Part shown: one piece after another, positions 1-12,864 of the stretch
How the letters are laid out: every line of letters starts with the position of its first letter
Position numbering within the stretch: position 1 is the first letter of the stretch
From: Octopus sinensis
Taxonomy: Eukaryota
Direction of reading: 5' to 3'
Assembly (NCBI RefSeq): GCF_006345805.1
Contig: NW_021833647.1
Coordinates: 1-64,000, forward strand
DNA: 64,000 nucleotides
Program-made: the position numbers and the translations under genes
The notes under the pieces: generated by a model
Told to the model about the DNA's origin: nothing
The model's input: only the letters and a program-made list of their open reading frames with translations
Database searches by the model: none

Positions 1-95
1 ATAATCGAGTCTAATAATATTTATTAATAATATGATATTTTTATATTTTATCATATTTTATTTAAATTTCTAACCGTGATTTCTAGTTGTCTTTA

Positions 96-503
96 TGGGT
101 CGTGTTCAGAAAAAAGTCAGAATGTATAAAGATGAATATATTTCTCTTGGATTTATTAAAGATCCTCAAGATCCTAATAAACCACTTTGTCTTCAATGTG
201 GTACAATTTTTCGAATGAGGCAATGAAACCGTCTCGTTTGATTGAACATTTAAAGCAAAAACATCATAATTCAATTGAAAAAAAGCCAGACTTTTTTTTA
301 GAATTAAAAAAGAATTTTGACATTAGAATTACACTTACGAAAAGAAATACAAATTTTGAAAAACTTGTCAATCTTCATCAACCACAAGGATCTCATTAAA
401 ACTCTTATTTTTTAAATAAAAATTTTTACTAATGAAATAAAAAAATGGAGGGGCGAAAAAAATTCCAAGGTGGTGGTACAAAAATAAAGGTTAAGAACCA
501 CTG
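96..503 (+). mobile_element. Internally deleted hAT (Buster/ZBED5-like) element, right end
   Basis: BED-finger N-terminus (PLCLQCG..FSNEAMKPSRLIEHLKQKH) is fused directly to the C-terminal HQPQGSH*. Right TIR GGTTAAGAACCACTG ends at 503, the same terminus as the element at 29416-31728. Confidence 0.8.
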
Positions 504-712
504 CTTTAATGCATGGACTATTGTCACAAAAATATATGTTTGGTAATCGAGTTATTTTTGGTAAAAACTGAAAACACTGCGGAATCAGAAAGAAAATCAA
601 AGTCTCCCAAATATTGTTCGGAAGTGAATGGGAGTCCTGAAAAGCTTGAATCCATTAGTGAGAAAGTTCAAACCAAGCATGAAGCCATCAATACCTCCAA
701 AAATGCAAACAA
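504..712 (+). pseudogene. Duplicated fragment of the LIM-homeobox gene, with its 24-nt intron retained (acceptor mutated)
   Basis: Aligns by eye with 35899-36108 at high identity. Confidence 0.85.
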
Positions 713-829
713 TAACCTCCAATCAATAAAAATTGGAAAACACACATTTTCAAGTGGTCACGTTTTTTTGAACAGAATGTATATAAAGGCGTGTTTCTTC
801 TGTGTTACTTATGTCGGTTCTTTTGTAAG

Positions 830-1035
830 AGATATGGATGAGTATCGATTGCTAGAAAAAGTTTTAAATGGACAAAATATCGAAAATCAATCGAGACAAA
901 AAGTTTACTGCCTTAAAAAGAAAGCTGAAAAGTTTATTTTAATCAATGGAAGAATATACCTCAAACAGCCGTGCGAAAATCACAAATTAGTGATTTCGAC
1001 GGACAAAGTTGACGAGATGAAATTGGTGGCTAGCC
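830..1035 (+). mobile_element. Fragment of Ginger/gypsy-integrase-like N-terminal region
   Basis: MDEYRLLEKVLNG...LKKKAEKFILINGRIYLK resembles the N-terminus at 43537. Confidence 0.45.
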
Positions 1036-1842
1036 AAAAAATCGGCGGGAAAGCCGAATTCGCGAAACTAACAAAATACAAAGATTTTCGCGATCGATTT
1101 TGCTTTTGGGCAATTGCCGTCGAGATTCCCTGTGTTTTTGGGGCCAAGACGCTTGCTCATCTTAAGAAACTTGGCTGTCTGTGCATCCATCGCTCCAGAG
1201 ATCTCAGGGAATTTATATTCCTTATTCAAAAGATCTCGCTGGCTGCTTTACGTGGGAATTGTCTTTCAATCCTGCAAGCCAGTACTACACCCTTTGTCTT
1301 GCAAGAGGAGTGCAGGTCGCGCTCCCCGCCATGCCGCACTCAACGACATAATACGACGGGCCCTCGAGAGCGCAGGATTTCCAGCACACCTGGAACCCGT
1401 CGGGCTTGACCGGGAAGATGGCAGAAGGCCCGATGGGATAACTCTTTTCCCGTACTCCCAGGGAAAATCACTCGCATGGAATGCGACGTGCGTAGACACG
1501 TTCTCCCACAGTCCACGATTCTTCGGAATATTCATTCGTCCGGTTGGGCTGCTAATGCAGCAGAAAAGGCGAAGATATCTAAGTATTTGGAGATCGGAAA
1601 ACTTTTCCGTTTTGTCCCAATCTCGATAGAGACGTCTGGTGTAGTGGGATCCAAAACCGCGGAATTTCTCAAGGAAATTGGGGCGATGCTGGCTAAACGA
1701 AGAAGGGACAGTCGCGAGGGGTATTGGCTTCGCCAACGTATCGGAATTGCAGTTCTTCGTGGCAACACGCACGCGATACTGGCTGCCGGAGCGTGACGAT
1801 TTATAATACTTTTCAGTGACATTTTGTACTCGTTGAAAAAAA
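1035..1842 (+). mobile_element. Two adjacent CRE-type non-LTR 3' fragments (REL endonuclease)
   Basis: [11 protein letters not shown]-terminus, then HPLSC..RH..LNDII..EP.GL..DGRRPDG..W(N)ATCVDTF..IETSG..RGN* with a frameshift. Confidence 0.85.
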
Positions 1843-2059
1843 GCCAGTACTTAATAGCTAGATTTTTTTCGTTTAAAAATTGTCAACAAAAAAATTAATA
1901 TGAATCGAGTAGAAAAACCTAGACGCTTAATTTTAATAAATTTTGTATTATCGAAACAATTATTGATTAGAAACAAATTCAAATAATTTTGACAATTACT
2001 GTGACAGGCAAATGATAAATTGACATCACATATAGACTATTTGATTCATGAAACAATAA

Positions 2060-2440
2060 ATACAATTGAAAAATTAATAAAAATGCAATATAACAAAAAT
2101 AGGGATAAAAGATAAAAATTTCAAAGAAAATAATAGTAATTCAGAAATTTCAAGGTATGTAAAATAAAACAGATCAAGGAAATAAAATAGGACAATATCA
2201 CAAAAAGGATGGAATTTCAGATAACTTAATCATTAAAAGAAATACATCATGAATTATTCCCTTTAAATCCAAATTAAATATAAATATAAAAAACGACTAA
2301 ATAGTGAAAAACGCACGACATTATAAACCCACAAGTGCTTAACGTGGCTTAATTTATTATATTTTTTATTTATAATTAAGATTAATTAAACAATTATTAA
2401 TAAAAAAAAACGTTATTTTAATTAAAACGATTTTAATGAT
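2060..2440 (+). repeat. Unclassified ~350-380 bp AT-rich interspersed element, copy A
   Basis: Shared blocks GAATTTCAGATAACTTAATCATTAAAAGAAATACATC, ATTATTCCCTTTAAATCCAA and ACGTGGCTTAATTT. Confidence 0.8.
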
Positions 2441-2467
2441 AGGAAGCGAATATTTTTTTTATTAATA

Positions 2468-2940
2468 CAGTCTTACCCCGGGGTGGGGCACCAAAGTGCC
2501 CCAGAAAGCGGGGGTACCCTTCCAAACAGGGGTTTGGTTCAAACTATTGAATTATAGTTCATTAAATTTAAATTTTGGTTTACTTGCGAACAAAGAACTC
2601 TTTCACATCTTTCAAAGTGTTTATATGCCGATAATACAATAAACATTTTTTTGAAATAATCAGTCAATTTCAAATTTTTCTTATTTCTTAAATCTTTTCC
2701 AAGTTGAAATCTAAACTCATAAAATATGTATTTTGCGCTACATTTTCCAACTTATCTATCATTTCATACGTTTCTAATATCGTTGTTTTGTCCTCTATCC
2801 CAATTCCATTATAAAATTCGCGATTCTATATTTTTCACAGATTTAGGATTAATTGTTGTATCTTCTTTCAAATCGAACATAAATTCCATTAGGAAGTTTG
2901 TGTAATATACTTTAAAACATTTTATTATACCCATGTCTAG
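2468..2940 (-). mobile_element. Tigger/pogo-like 3' end fragment
   Basis: TA|CAGTC terminus with GGGGCACC/GTGCCCC subterminal motifs. Minus-strand KLTDYFKK is similar to the C-terminus at ~18070. Confidence 0.7.
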
Positions 2941-3049
2941 AGGTTGAATCAAAGATGTTGTGTTTTCGGAAGAAAAAACAATTTAAGCGGGGTTGTTGTT
3001 GGGGCGGAATTTGACTGTAATGTGATTTATAAAAGTAAAAAGATAGCTA

Positions 3050-3390
3050 AGCTAATTAATGACCTCACGAGACACCCGGCCAGTTTTGTGAATGGCGAAG
3101 CCGTTCCCTCGGATCACAGCAATCGACAGACGTTCCAGGAGCCAAGAATACTCTCTTGGATTGTGGCTTGTCCTTGAAATCCGTCGACCGAGCGAGCGAA
3201 GGAAGCGGAGTGTCTTGGGGCCGAAGATCCCGGAAGGACTCCACGGCAATAGGAGTAAAGAACAGCGAGTTGGAGAGGTGGCCGTACTTGAGAATCTTTC
3301 GGTCCTCGGCCTGCCTCGAAGCGTGCCCAGGATTGGCGGCGGATAGTGCGAGATTTCCTAGCGAGAACGTGTCCAAACAGGTGGAACGAA
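3050..3390 (-). mobile_element. CRE-type non-LTR 3' fragment
   Basis: TCLDTFS...IAVES.GIFGP...ERLSIAVIRGN with a frameshift. Confidence 0.85.
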
Positions 3391-4199
3391 TATTGACAAC
3401 CATTTTCAAAGAATTTCAATTTGAAGGAGAAAATTTTTTTTCTTGAGCATGGAAGTGCTTCTGTCGTAATTTCAACAAATTTTTAAAGTATGATATTGAA
3501 TTTTATTAAAAGTTTTCATTAAATGCTTTAAAACGTCAATTCCAGACACTGTACCTGTCATTGGAATAATTTTGACAAACTGTTAACAAAATTAGAATGC
3601 TTCAATTATCCCTCAAATAAATACAGAAAGTTGAAAAGTTTCTCTTTTTATACTTGCTGAATTTGCTAATGCGATTGAAAAATATTCAAAATTTCCAAAA
3701 ACGTTTTATAAAAGAGAGATGAAATTTTTTATTCTTCTAATGAAATTTTTTACAGTTTTTAGAGATAATCAGATAATTAAAAAAATAGTTTTAGTAGTAA
3801 ATAAATTTTTATATGTGAAAAGATTTGGTATTTGCTGATTACCGAACGTTTTTTCTTGATTTTCTGCGTGTTAAATGATAATGTCCGAACCAATGAGATG
3901 ATGTTTGACGACAAACTGTGTCCGCGATAGACTACTATGTACTAATGTTTATCATTTTTTATTTCTTTCATAAGGAAGTAGTCATACCTTCTAATTATAA
4001 AAAGCCGCAAAATTAAGAAATATAACAGCCATAACGATATTCGGAAGTCAGACACTCAAGTTGTCGCAAAATATCATCTTCAAACATAATATGTTCACAT
4101 GCCTCAGGGATTACTATGCCCCACTCGGTACCACCTCCGATTATTTCTGAGAAATAAGCATTAATGATTTTTTAATTTTTTAAGAAAAATATTAATCAT

Positions 4200-5790
4200 C
4201 ACAAACGAACGAACTAATGCGAAGAATTTTATTGTAAGAAAGAAGAGCGAGACAGAAAATTAGTGCGGAAGTATTTACGAGACGATTGCTTTGGGCATTC
4301 GAGCTCTTTCCATGGTTTCGTCCGCTTTTGTCTGTCTATGAGCAGGGACACCTGCTATTTCCACGATCGATGAATAGGTCAGTACTTTAGGCGTTTCCGA
4401 AAAGTTCGGATAGAAGCCTCGATGGCCTGCCGTAGCTTCTGGAGACCTTGCTCTCCGCCCAGCTTGGGACAGGCTCCCATGATTTTAGCATATAGGCTAG
4501 TTTTAGAGCGTATCTCCGTATTTTTTCGCATTTCCAGAATTTTCTCATATTGTTTCGAGTAGAACCAAGCTTCCATACAACAGTAGGCTGGGCAAGATTG
4601 TTTTTGCATGGTATACAATAGGAAGGTATTTGGATTCAAGTGCATGCTTCTTAGGAGTCGGAGAGCGGCGATGGCTTTCCCTTTTCTCTCCGTTTTGAAA
4701 TGCAAATGGTATCTCGAGTTTTGCGTCGATTGTGATCCCAGTACGTATGCTCTCAGGGCGAGCAATTTCCACAAAGAGCCGGGTTTGCGATCTTGCGACT
4801 TCTTGGGTTAATTTGGAGATATGCAGATTTTTCCATGGCCAGCGAGAGTCGCTTACCAATGCACCAATTCTTTATCTCCTCAATGTAGCCGGCAAGTCGT
4901 TTCTCTCGAGGCATTGGTGTCCATCGAGGTGTCCAGAACGAGAACAAATCTCGCGTAGAGGAGTAGGATGTCCTGGGATCGGAGGGTGTGGGGAAACTGC
5001 TCATTACCAATTGAAAAAGATTGGGCTGAGACATGACCGCTGCGGAACCCCCCCTTCGGAGCGAAATATATCTTGAGAAGAAGCCGACTCAGAGATAAAG
5101 AGTAGCGATTTGAGAGGAAGCAGCGCAATCCAGAGGAAGACTTCCGCTGTGGCTCACAGAGTTCGATCCTTCCAGGAGTCTCTGTGCAGACGCTGTCAAA
5201 AGCCTTTGAGATGTCCAGACATAACAAGAGATAATTTCTTTAAACTCCGTGCTCTCGAGATGGTGGACTGTACCGTAATGAAACAGTCACCGCAGCTATT
5301 CCAGAGCGAAAACCCCATTGCTGCGCGGGAGCAGCACTTTCTTCTCTTCGGCGTGGAAGTCGCGCTTGGCCATAATTTTCTCCATCAGCCTTAGATAGTT
5401 GGGATTAGGCTTATGGGACGGTAGCTGCTAGCGAGATTCACCGGTTTCGCAGGCGTTTTGATCATCCGGACCTCTGAGATTTTCCATTTCCGGCACATGG
5501 CCCCATTTGAGACTTGCCGTAAACAGATCCGCGAGGACACATGTAGGTCTTCGGGTGCTTCCTTAAACAATCGCATCGGTATTTTGTCATGGCCGGTGCG
5601 TTGCCTTTTGACGAACGGATGGCCCAGGTCACCTCTGCAATGGTGATCGGGTGATGGTCCGGCGACAGTGGGCGCGGCAGTGGCTCCTCCGACTCCCGGT
5701 TTTGCGACTTTTCCGGATTGGCCTCCTGGATAGTGGCCCAGGTGTTTTTCTGCAAATATTTTTGGCATCTATTGTGGCGAGGCGGGCATA
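4200..5790 (-). mobile_element. Degraded APE-type LINE (CR1/L2/jockey-like) RT and 3' end
   Basis: YRPISLIPTI, LDISKAFDSV and GVPQ..CLSPILF motifs across frameshifts; short microsatellite-like 3' tail near 4200. Confidence 0.8.
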
Positions 5791-6253
5791 CCAGACTGGT
5801 TGCCACAACTCACAACGACAATCACAACGACATAAATTCAACCTATATATTAGGTTAATTATAGTACATTTAATGATATACTAAAAGATGCTTTAAAAAC
5901 AAATAAATTAAAATAATATTTTTTTACAACAAACCATTTTGACTGATAAGCACATTAAAACATATTTTAAAAATGTGAATTGTGTGAAACGCTTTAAAGG
6001 CACATATTTGATAGTTTTATAATTAACTCTAACCAGTTTTTAGTTTTTTTTTAAAACATTTTTTGAAATGTAAAACGAAAAGGTTTAAAATCATCTGTAG
6101 ATCTCTTATAAAAAACTCAACTTTATCCAGTTTTTTAGTTTAAAATCATATATAGATCTGAGTTTAAACGAAAAATTAAATTTGTCCTTTTTTGATTCTT
6201 TTCATGTGAACAATCTTTGTATCTCCATTCAAAAATTCTACTTTAAATTTTTC

Positions 6254-6490
6254 AACCCTAAACCCAACCTTCCCTAACCTTCACCCTAACCTTCACCCAA
6301 ACCCTAACCTTCACCAAACCCTACCTTCACCTCAACCCAACCCTACCTTCACCAAACCCTAACCTTCACCCAAACCCTAACCTTCACCCAAACCCTAACC
6401 TTCACCCAAACCCTAACCTTCACCAAACCCTAACCTTCACCCTAACCCTAACCTATACCCTAACCCTAACCTATACCCTAACCATAACCA
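6254..6490 (+). repeat. Degenerate telomere-like array (CCCTAA with CCTTCA/CCCAAA variants, 18-bp higher-order unit)
   Basis: Read directly: (ACCCTAACCTTCACCCAA)n and CCCTAACCCTAACC. Confidence 0.9.
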
Positions 6491-6716
6491 TGAGATAAAC
6501 AGCATGCTTAATTTATTGTTTTTTAATGATAATGGTTAAGCATTGAAAAATAAAAATCCATAATATTATTATTTTTAAAATTAATAAGTAAATAAATTTC
6601 AATCATTTAAATATTTTAAATTGAAATTTTAAAAATTTAGAGCAATGGTAACGAGCGGGGCATGGTAACGAACAGGGCATGTGACATAATATTTAGAAAT
6701 TCAATATGCCTATGTG

Positions 6717-7560
6717 CAAGGGTCAGCAACTTTTTTGTGGCAAAGAGCCACTTGTTACTTAAACAGCAATTAAGCATATATAAAAATATTTTTTAAAGAA
6801 AACATAAAAAAAAATTTAAACATTAAAAATTATAAAATAATTAATGCGACGATTGTCCTTGTATTTCATTTGACAGTGTTATTAACTCGGGAATATAGTT
6901 AGTCATTTTTAATTTTACACAAGAATTAAGACTTTCGTCGGTTAGCTGACTCCTCAATTTTAATTTTATTGAATTCATTTTTGTGAATGACTTTTCGCAA
7001 ATATATGTTGATCCAAATGTTTTAATTCCAAATGCGAATTTTTTTAATAGATAAGATGACTCGGGAAGGCTAATCCATACATCAAATGTTAACAAATCTT
7101 GTCTTTCTATTTCGTGTTTCTGCACGATTATTTTTATTTAATTCTAATATCAATTATTAAAGAATATTTTTTTCGTTTCTAATTTTTCATATTCGGTGGT
7201 TAGGTGGATAAACTTTTGAGCCCATAATTCTTTACTTTTTAAATCAAGCAATTGAATCTTAAATTCAGAAATTTTTATTTCAAATTTTGAAATATTTAGA
7301 TATTCTGTTTCCGCAATCAGAGTGTAACGAACAAGATAGATTTTTTGTAAAATCATGGAATCTGCTGTAATTTTTTTATTTTATTCTGACCTGTTCTGAA
7401 ATGATTTGCTTATCGATAAAAGAGTTTCTTTAATATAGGAAAACTCAATAATTTTCATCTCCATCGCATATTTAAATAATTTAGGAAAATGAGATAAAAT
7501 CCCATTATCTGCATTATCTGCAAACAATCTTAATTTAAAATATGTCTTAATTTTTTATAG
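6717..7560 (-). mobile_element. hAT (GTF2IRD2-like) transposase 3' fragment with TIR
   Basis: FGSTYICEKSFTKMNSIKLKLRSQLTD...GQSSH* dimerisation domain; terminus CAAGGGTCAGCAAC at 6717. Confidence 0.85.
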
Positions 7561-8229
7561 TCCAACTTTAAAGCTATTTTTTATCGTTTTTTTGACTTCT
7601 GAAAAATTAGACATAGAACAAAATCAAAATGACCTTAAATTTGAAAAAATATTGAATTAATTATCGTTTTTATTACTTTTACAGGTTTTCCAATTAAAAT
7701 AATCATTTTTAAATTATAAAAATCACTTCTATCAAAAAACTACAAATTTAAAATTATTTGACAGAACTTTTAGGAAATGAAACCCTAAAGTTAATTTTTA
7801 ACAAAAACAACCCCAACGTTTACTGAACCTTATTTTTAAAAGCCAACCTTAACTCCAACAAAATGCTTATTAAACCTCAACTTTTACAAAGCCCTAATTT
7901 TAAAAACCAATTTCTCAAATTCAATATGGGATTTCAAGTTCAAAGTGGAATTTTCCAAATTCAATACGGGATTTTGTTTCAAGGATCAAGTTTCAAGTCG
8001 GTTATTGAATTCATTTATTAATTTAAAATCGCGTTACATTACAAAATGTACGTTAATAAAAAGAAAGAATTAGCTGAAAAAAGAAAAAATTTGTTGACCG
8101 TTTACGAAAATGACAAAAGAAAAAGAAAACACATTTGGAGTTGTATTTGAGTGTGTCGCGAGTACGCACAAAAATGCATGTAAGAATCAGTTTGTAATAT
8201 CTTAATCTGCGTCCCATCGCATAAAATAG

Positions 8230-8550
8230 GATGAACAAAGATAAAAAAACAATAACAGTTTGTCAGAGATGTCAAAATAAGTAAAAGAAACAAATTAAAG
8301 GAATAAAATCGAAAAATATGACATAAAAGGATGAAATTTCAGATAACTTAAACATTAAAAGAAATTACATCACAAAATATTCCTTTTGAATTAAATTACA
8401 TAAAGAAATATAAAGTTGAACAAAATAATAGTGACAGTACAACAAACTAATTTGATAGCGTGTCACACGTGTTTCAATTTATTATGTTTGCCATTAAAAA
8501 TTAAGATAATCAAATAATCATTAATAAAAAATTAACTTTATTTTAATTAC
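8230..8550 (+). repeat. Unclassified interspersed element, copy B
   Basis: AAAGGAATAAAATCGAAAAAT..GAAATTTCAGATAACTTAA..CACACGTG (8466-8471). Confidence 0.8.
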
Positions 8551-10069
8551 AAGCGAGCAGAGCAATAAAACTTCGCAGAAACACAGAGAACCTTTTTGTG
8601 GAGGAGGTGAAAGGTTTTTGAAATATTTAAGTAGTTGTGAATCTGTTTTTTTGCAAGCATTTATAACTATGATTGCAGATAGTCCCCATTTGTAAAAATC
8701 ACTGGTAACATTTTTGGACAGTCATTTGACCAAGTTTGTCTATTAGTTAATTTCACAGAAATCAAACCAATGAGAAACCCTGAAATTCGAGAAAAATTGT
8801 CCTTACCAACTTGTGGTCTACAATAAGATCTCTATCCTTGGTACATTTTGAAGGCCTAGGACTTGGGAAATTAATTAGTTAATTTCTTTTTATTGATAAA
8901 GTTTATTTGTAAAGTAGAAAAAAAAGTAAAGACAAATGTACCCCATCGTGTACTACGTTTGGTGCTAACTTGAAATAATATGTCACAGTCCGAATAAAAT
9001 ACACGCCAAATAATTACATTCTTTAATTTTACTAAAATTAAAAATTTGCACAACAAAATGTTTAATTATTATTAAAAATATGATTTTTAATGTAAAATTC
9101 ATTAATTTTTTTACGAATACAGAAATGGGTGGATTGAAAGAATAACTGTCAACAGATTGAGGTTTATAATTTAACGATCTTAGAAGAACGTATTAAAACA
9201 GTAATTCTCAAACTTTTTTGGTTCGTGTATTTGTTAGCATCAAATAATTTTTCGCGTACCCTTTATCGATTTTTAGAAAATTAAAGAAAAAAATTATTTA
9301 ATTAGTGATATGGATGGTGTTTATTAACGACCAATCTTTCTATTTCTGGATTCTTTAACAAAAGATACACTTAAAAACTGATTTTAAATTAAACAATAAT
9401 AAAAATTCTTTTCGTCGAGATATGTAGTTACTTACATGACTCGCATCTAATTTTGTTCTTGAACTTTCGTTTACTTAGTTATTAATAAACTAATTTCAAA
9501 TTAATTAATTTTCTGACACTGTCTCTAACGGATTGACAGACAATTTCCCTTGAAGACGGCAAAAAATCCTTTCGAATTAAAACGATTATTTCTGAAATGT
9601 TAATGGGAAAACAATTAAGCGCGAAAATGCTGATGGGGGAATGGCAGAGTTTTCATTCCTGTAGCAGTCGAGACTTCATAAATACATGGGCCTTCCTCTC
9701 GTAGTCTGTTCGAAGTTGCCGAAGTCACAAATTGGTACTTTCTATATAAAATTTTCTGATTTAATTGAAAATAATACAAAAAACCACTATACACTCAAAT
9801 TGGCTAGATGCGACAATGTATTATGTCAGCACAGTTCAGGAGGATTTATATCTTCTAGAAAACGATTAAGGAAACAAATTAACCGGCGTACATATTTTGA
9901 AACTGAAAAGCTTAATGGATTTTGTTTTTGACATTTTTTGTTTTTAATGTAAATTTTAAAATCTTATAAGCTTTTAAAATTAGGGCTTTGTAAAAGCAAA
10001 AGCTTTATAGGCGTTTTTCTCGAGTTAGGGTTAGGCTTTAAAAATAAGGTTTAGTAAAAGTTAATTATT

Positions 10070-10980
10070 GTGACCGGTTGAATACGAGCCCAGGTTGAAT
10101 ACGAGCCGTTAAACGAGCCGTTAAAGTGGCGTAAGTGGCGTTATACGAGCCGTTAAATGGCGTGAATGCCGTTAATTCATATTAGGGTTAGGGTCAGGGT
10201 TAGGGTTAGGGTCAGGGTTAGGGTTAGGGTCAGGGTTAGGGTCAGGTTTAGGGTCAGGTTTAGGGTCAGGGTTAGGGTCAGGTTTAGGGTCAGGGTTAGG
10301 GTCAGTTTAGGGTCATGTTTAGGGTCGGTTTAGGGTCAGTTTAGGGTCAGGTTTAGGGTCAGGTTTAGGGTCAGGTTTAGGGTCAGGTAGGTCAGGTTTA
10401 GGGTCAGGTTTTAGGGTCAGGGTTAGGGTCAGGTTTAGGGTCAGGGTTAGGGTCAGGTTTAGGGTCAGGTTTAGGGGTCAGGTTTATGGTCAGGTTTAGG
10501 TCAGGTTTAGGGTCAGGTTTAGGGTCACAGGTTTAGGGTCAGTTAGGAGGGTCAGGTTTAGGGTCAGTTGGGTTAGGTACGTTATTAATGCCGTTAAATC
10601 ATAATTTTTTAATGGAAAAAAACTATTTTGAATATAATTTATGTTGTCACTTGCCAACGTTAGGGTTTGTGTTAAGGTAAGAGTTAAGGTTGTTACAAAG
10701 TTGCCAAAAAATTAGATGTAAATTATAATTTGCTAATGTTGCAATTTTTATTATCGAAAATAAAAATAATTCACATTATAATTTGCTAATGTTGTAAATA
10801 ATTTTACTATTTTACAGCAAGCATGGTTCAAATATAAAACATCATTTTTTCAAAAATTTAAAGTTCGTTCATTAGTTCGGAACGTTTGCCTTTATATTAA
10901 TTGGCCTTTTGAATCGGTCTATTAATTATCGATTTTTTTAGCGGCTCGTATTCAACCGTATCTCATTATGAACCGGTCAC
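10070..10980. mobile_element. Non-autonomous TIR element (MITE) containing a telomere-like array
   Basis: Termini GTGACCGGTT/AACCGGTCAC, subterminal GGTTGAATACGAGCC/GGCTCGTATTCAACC, flanking AATTATT direct repeat. Confidence 0.8.
10182..10577 (+). repeat. Degenerate telomere-like array (TTAGGG/TCAGGG/TCAGGT)
   Basis: Read directly: (TTAGGGTCAGGK)n. Confidence 0.95.
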
Positions 10981-11212
10981 AATTATTATTGCACATGTCA
11001 TTTTCGTTACGTCGTGATCTTACACTTTCTCAAAAATTGGAAATAATCAATTTGTTTTATTCAAGGAGGCCAAACTCAGGCAACTCTATCTGCAAGATCC
11101 AACTGTTCTCAGTCTCAAGTTTCATGGATTTTAAAGAATAGAGAAGAAATTATGTTATTTGCTGAATCAAAAAATTATTGATTTTTTTGGCAATATCGGA
11201 TAATTGCATATA

Positions 11213-12864
11213 CAGTCTAAACCCTCTTTTTGGGGCACCTAGTGCCCCAAAAACAGGGTTTCCCCAGATAGAGGGGTTTTCTAATATTAACGAAAAAAAC
11301 TAACGTTTTGTTAATTTAAAACCAAAAGATGTTTATTCTTAATTTCATTTAACAATTTTAGTCTTTACTTGTCGGCAAATGATCCGTTATTTTCGCTCCG
11401 AATTGATACTTTTGAATTAATCGATCCATAGAAACTCAATTTCGGCTAATACTAATGTCAATTTTGATGATGCCGGGTGGCAACAAGCGATCCTGCCAGT
11501 CCGTCACGGCGGACTAGGTCTGCAAGCTCCTTCTGTTTTGGCTCTCCCTTTCTACCTTTCTTCGTCATACCGCTGTAGTCCGCTTGTCCTTAGGATTCTT
11601 TCTCCCCCTTCCGAATCCGTTCTGGACCAAGAGCTTTCTCATGGTATCGAAGTTTGGTCTTCCCGTGGCTTCGACATTCCTTGCTATCCCTGCTATACAA
11701 AGGCGTGGACGGAAACAATGTTTCTTCAGTTATACAATTCGCTATTATCCTCCTGTGATCAACACCGGCGCGCTTGTCTTTTGGCCGCATCCTCCTCCGA
11801 ATGGAGTGGCGCTTGGCTCAACGCATACCCTTCCGGAAATACGGGAACCCTGCTGGACCCAAAGTGTGCAGATTGGCATCTCTCTTAGACTTGGTCTGGA
11901 CATCTGCTTTCCACACACTTGCCGCTGTGGTTCTGTCGTAGATCGGAAAGGTCTCCATCCACTTTCCTGTCGCAAAGCCCTGGCCGGATTCCCAGGCATT
12001 CTGAATTAAATTCCGTAGTAAAACATGCACTTGAAGCAGCCGGATTTCCCTGTCAGCTGGAGCCTCCTGGCCTTCTAAGGGAGGATGGTAAGAGACCTGA
12101 CGGGGTCTCACTCTTTCCCTACAAGAACGGGAAAGCAATCGTCTGGGATGCGACATGCTCTGATACTTTCGCATCATCATGTCTTTCCTTGTCGGCGGTC
12201 GAGGCTGGCTCAGCAGCCAAGAGGGCGGAGACGAAGAAGGCATCTAAGTACGCCTCCCTGATGGACCGTTTCATCTTCGAACCGGTGTCAGTGGAAACTT
12301 CCGGTGTACTTGGCCCGTCTACTCTCCGTTTCCTCTCGAAGATCGGAAGGTCATTGGGAAGGGCAAGGAACGACCCCCGTGAACTGATGTGGCTTTTTGA
12401 GCGCATCTCTCTCGCAGTTCTAAGGGGGAACTGTTCCTCGATCCTCCTCTCGGCTGCGGTTCCGCCTCTTAATTAGTGATTTCTTTACCTTATAAACTGT
12501 CTCTTTTCAAAAAAAAAAAAAAAAAATCGATCCATTGTCAAATTAATCGATCCAAAACGACCTGTCGAGAAATGAATGTTTATCACTATTATCGGGTTCT
12601 CTGAAGCCATCAGAACCTTCACATCCATCAAAATTACATCCATCAAAACAACAGAAACACGTTATTATTAGTCATTATAAAATAAAATTCAAAAATTATA
12701 ACTAAAAAATATATAAAATATTAAATGCCCCATAACGGGGTTTATCTTATAAAGAATAAACAGAAAAACTCCTAATAAAAATTCAAATTGCCCCAAAACC
12801 CGAGGGTGCCCCAAAACCCGAGGGTGCCCCACGTCCGGGGTCGCCCCAATAAGGGGTTGCACTG
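11213..12864. mobile_element. Tigger/pogo-type MITE interrupted by a CRE insertion
   Basis: TA|CAGT...ACTG|TA ends and GGGGCACC motifs. A related copy at 57513-57710 shows the empty site. Confidence 0.8.
11430..12526 (+). mobile_element. 5'-truncated CRE-type retrotransposon with poly(A) tail and TSD
   Basis: LPVRHGGLGL, CRCG..HPLSC, KRPDG, WDATC and VETSG motifs; A18 tail at 12509-12526; TSD AATCGATCCAT at 11419-11429 and 12525-12535. Confidence 0.9.

Noticed and set aside
513-1409. 298-aa ORF as a genuine novel gene
   Set aside because: It is a chance in-frame chain of Lhx, integrase and CRE fragments.
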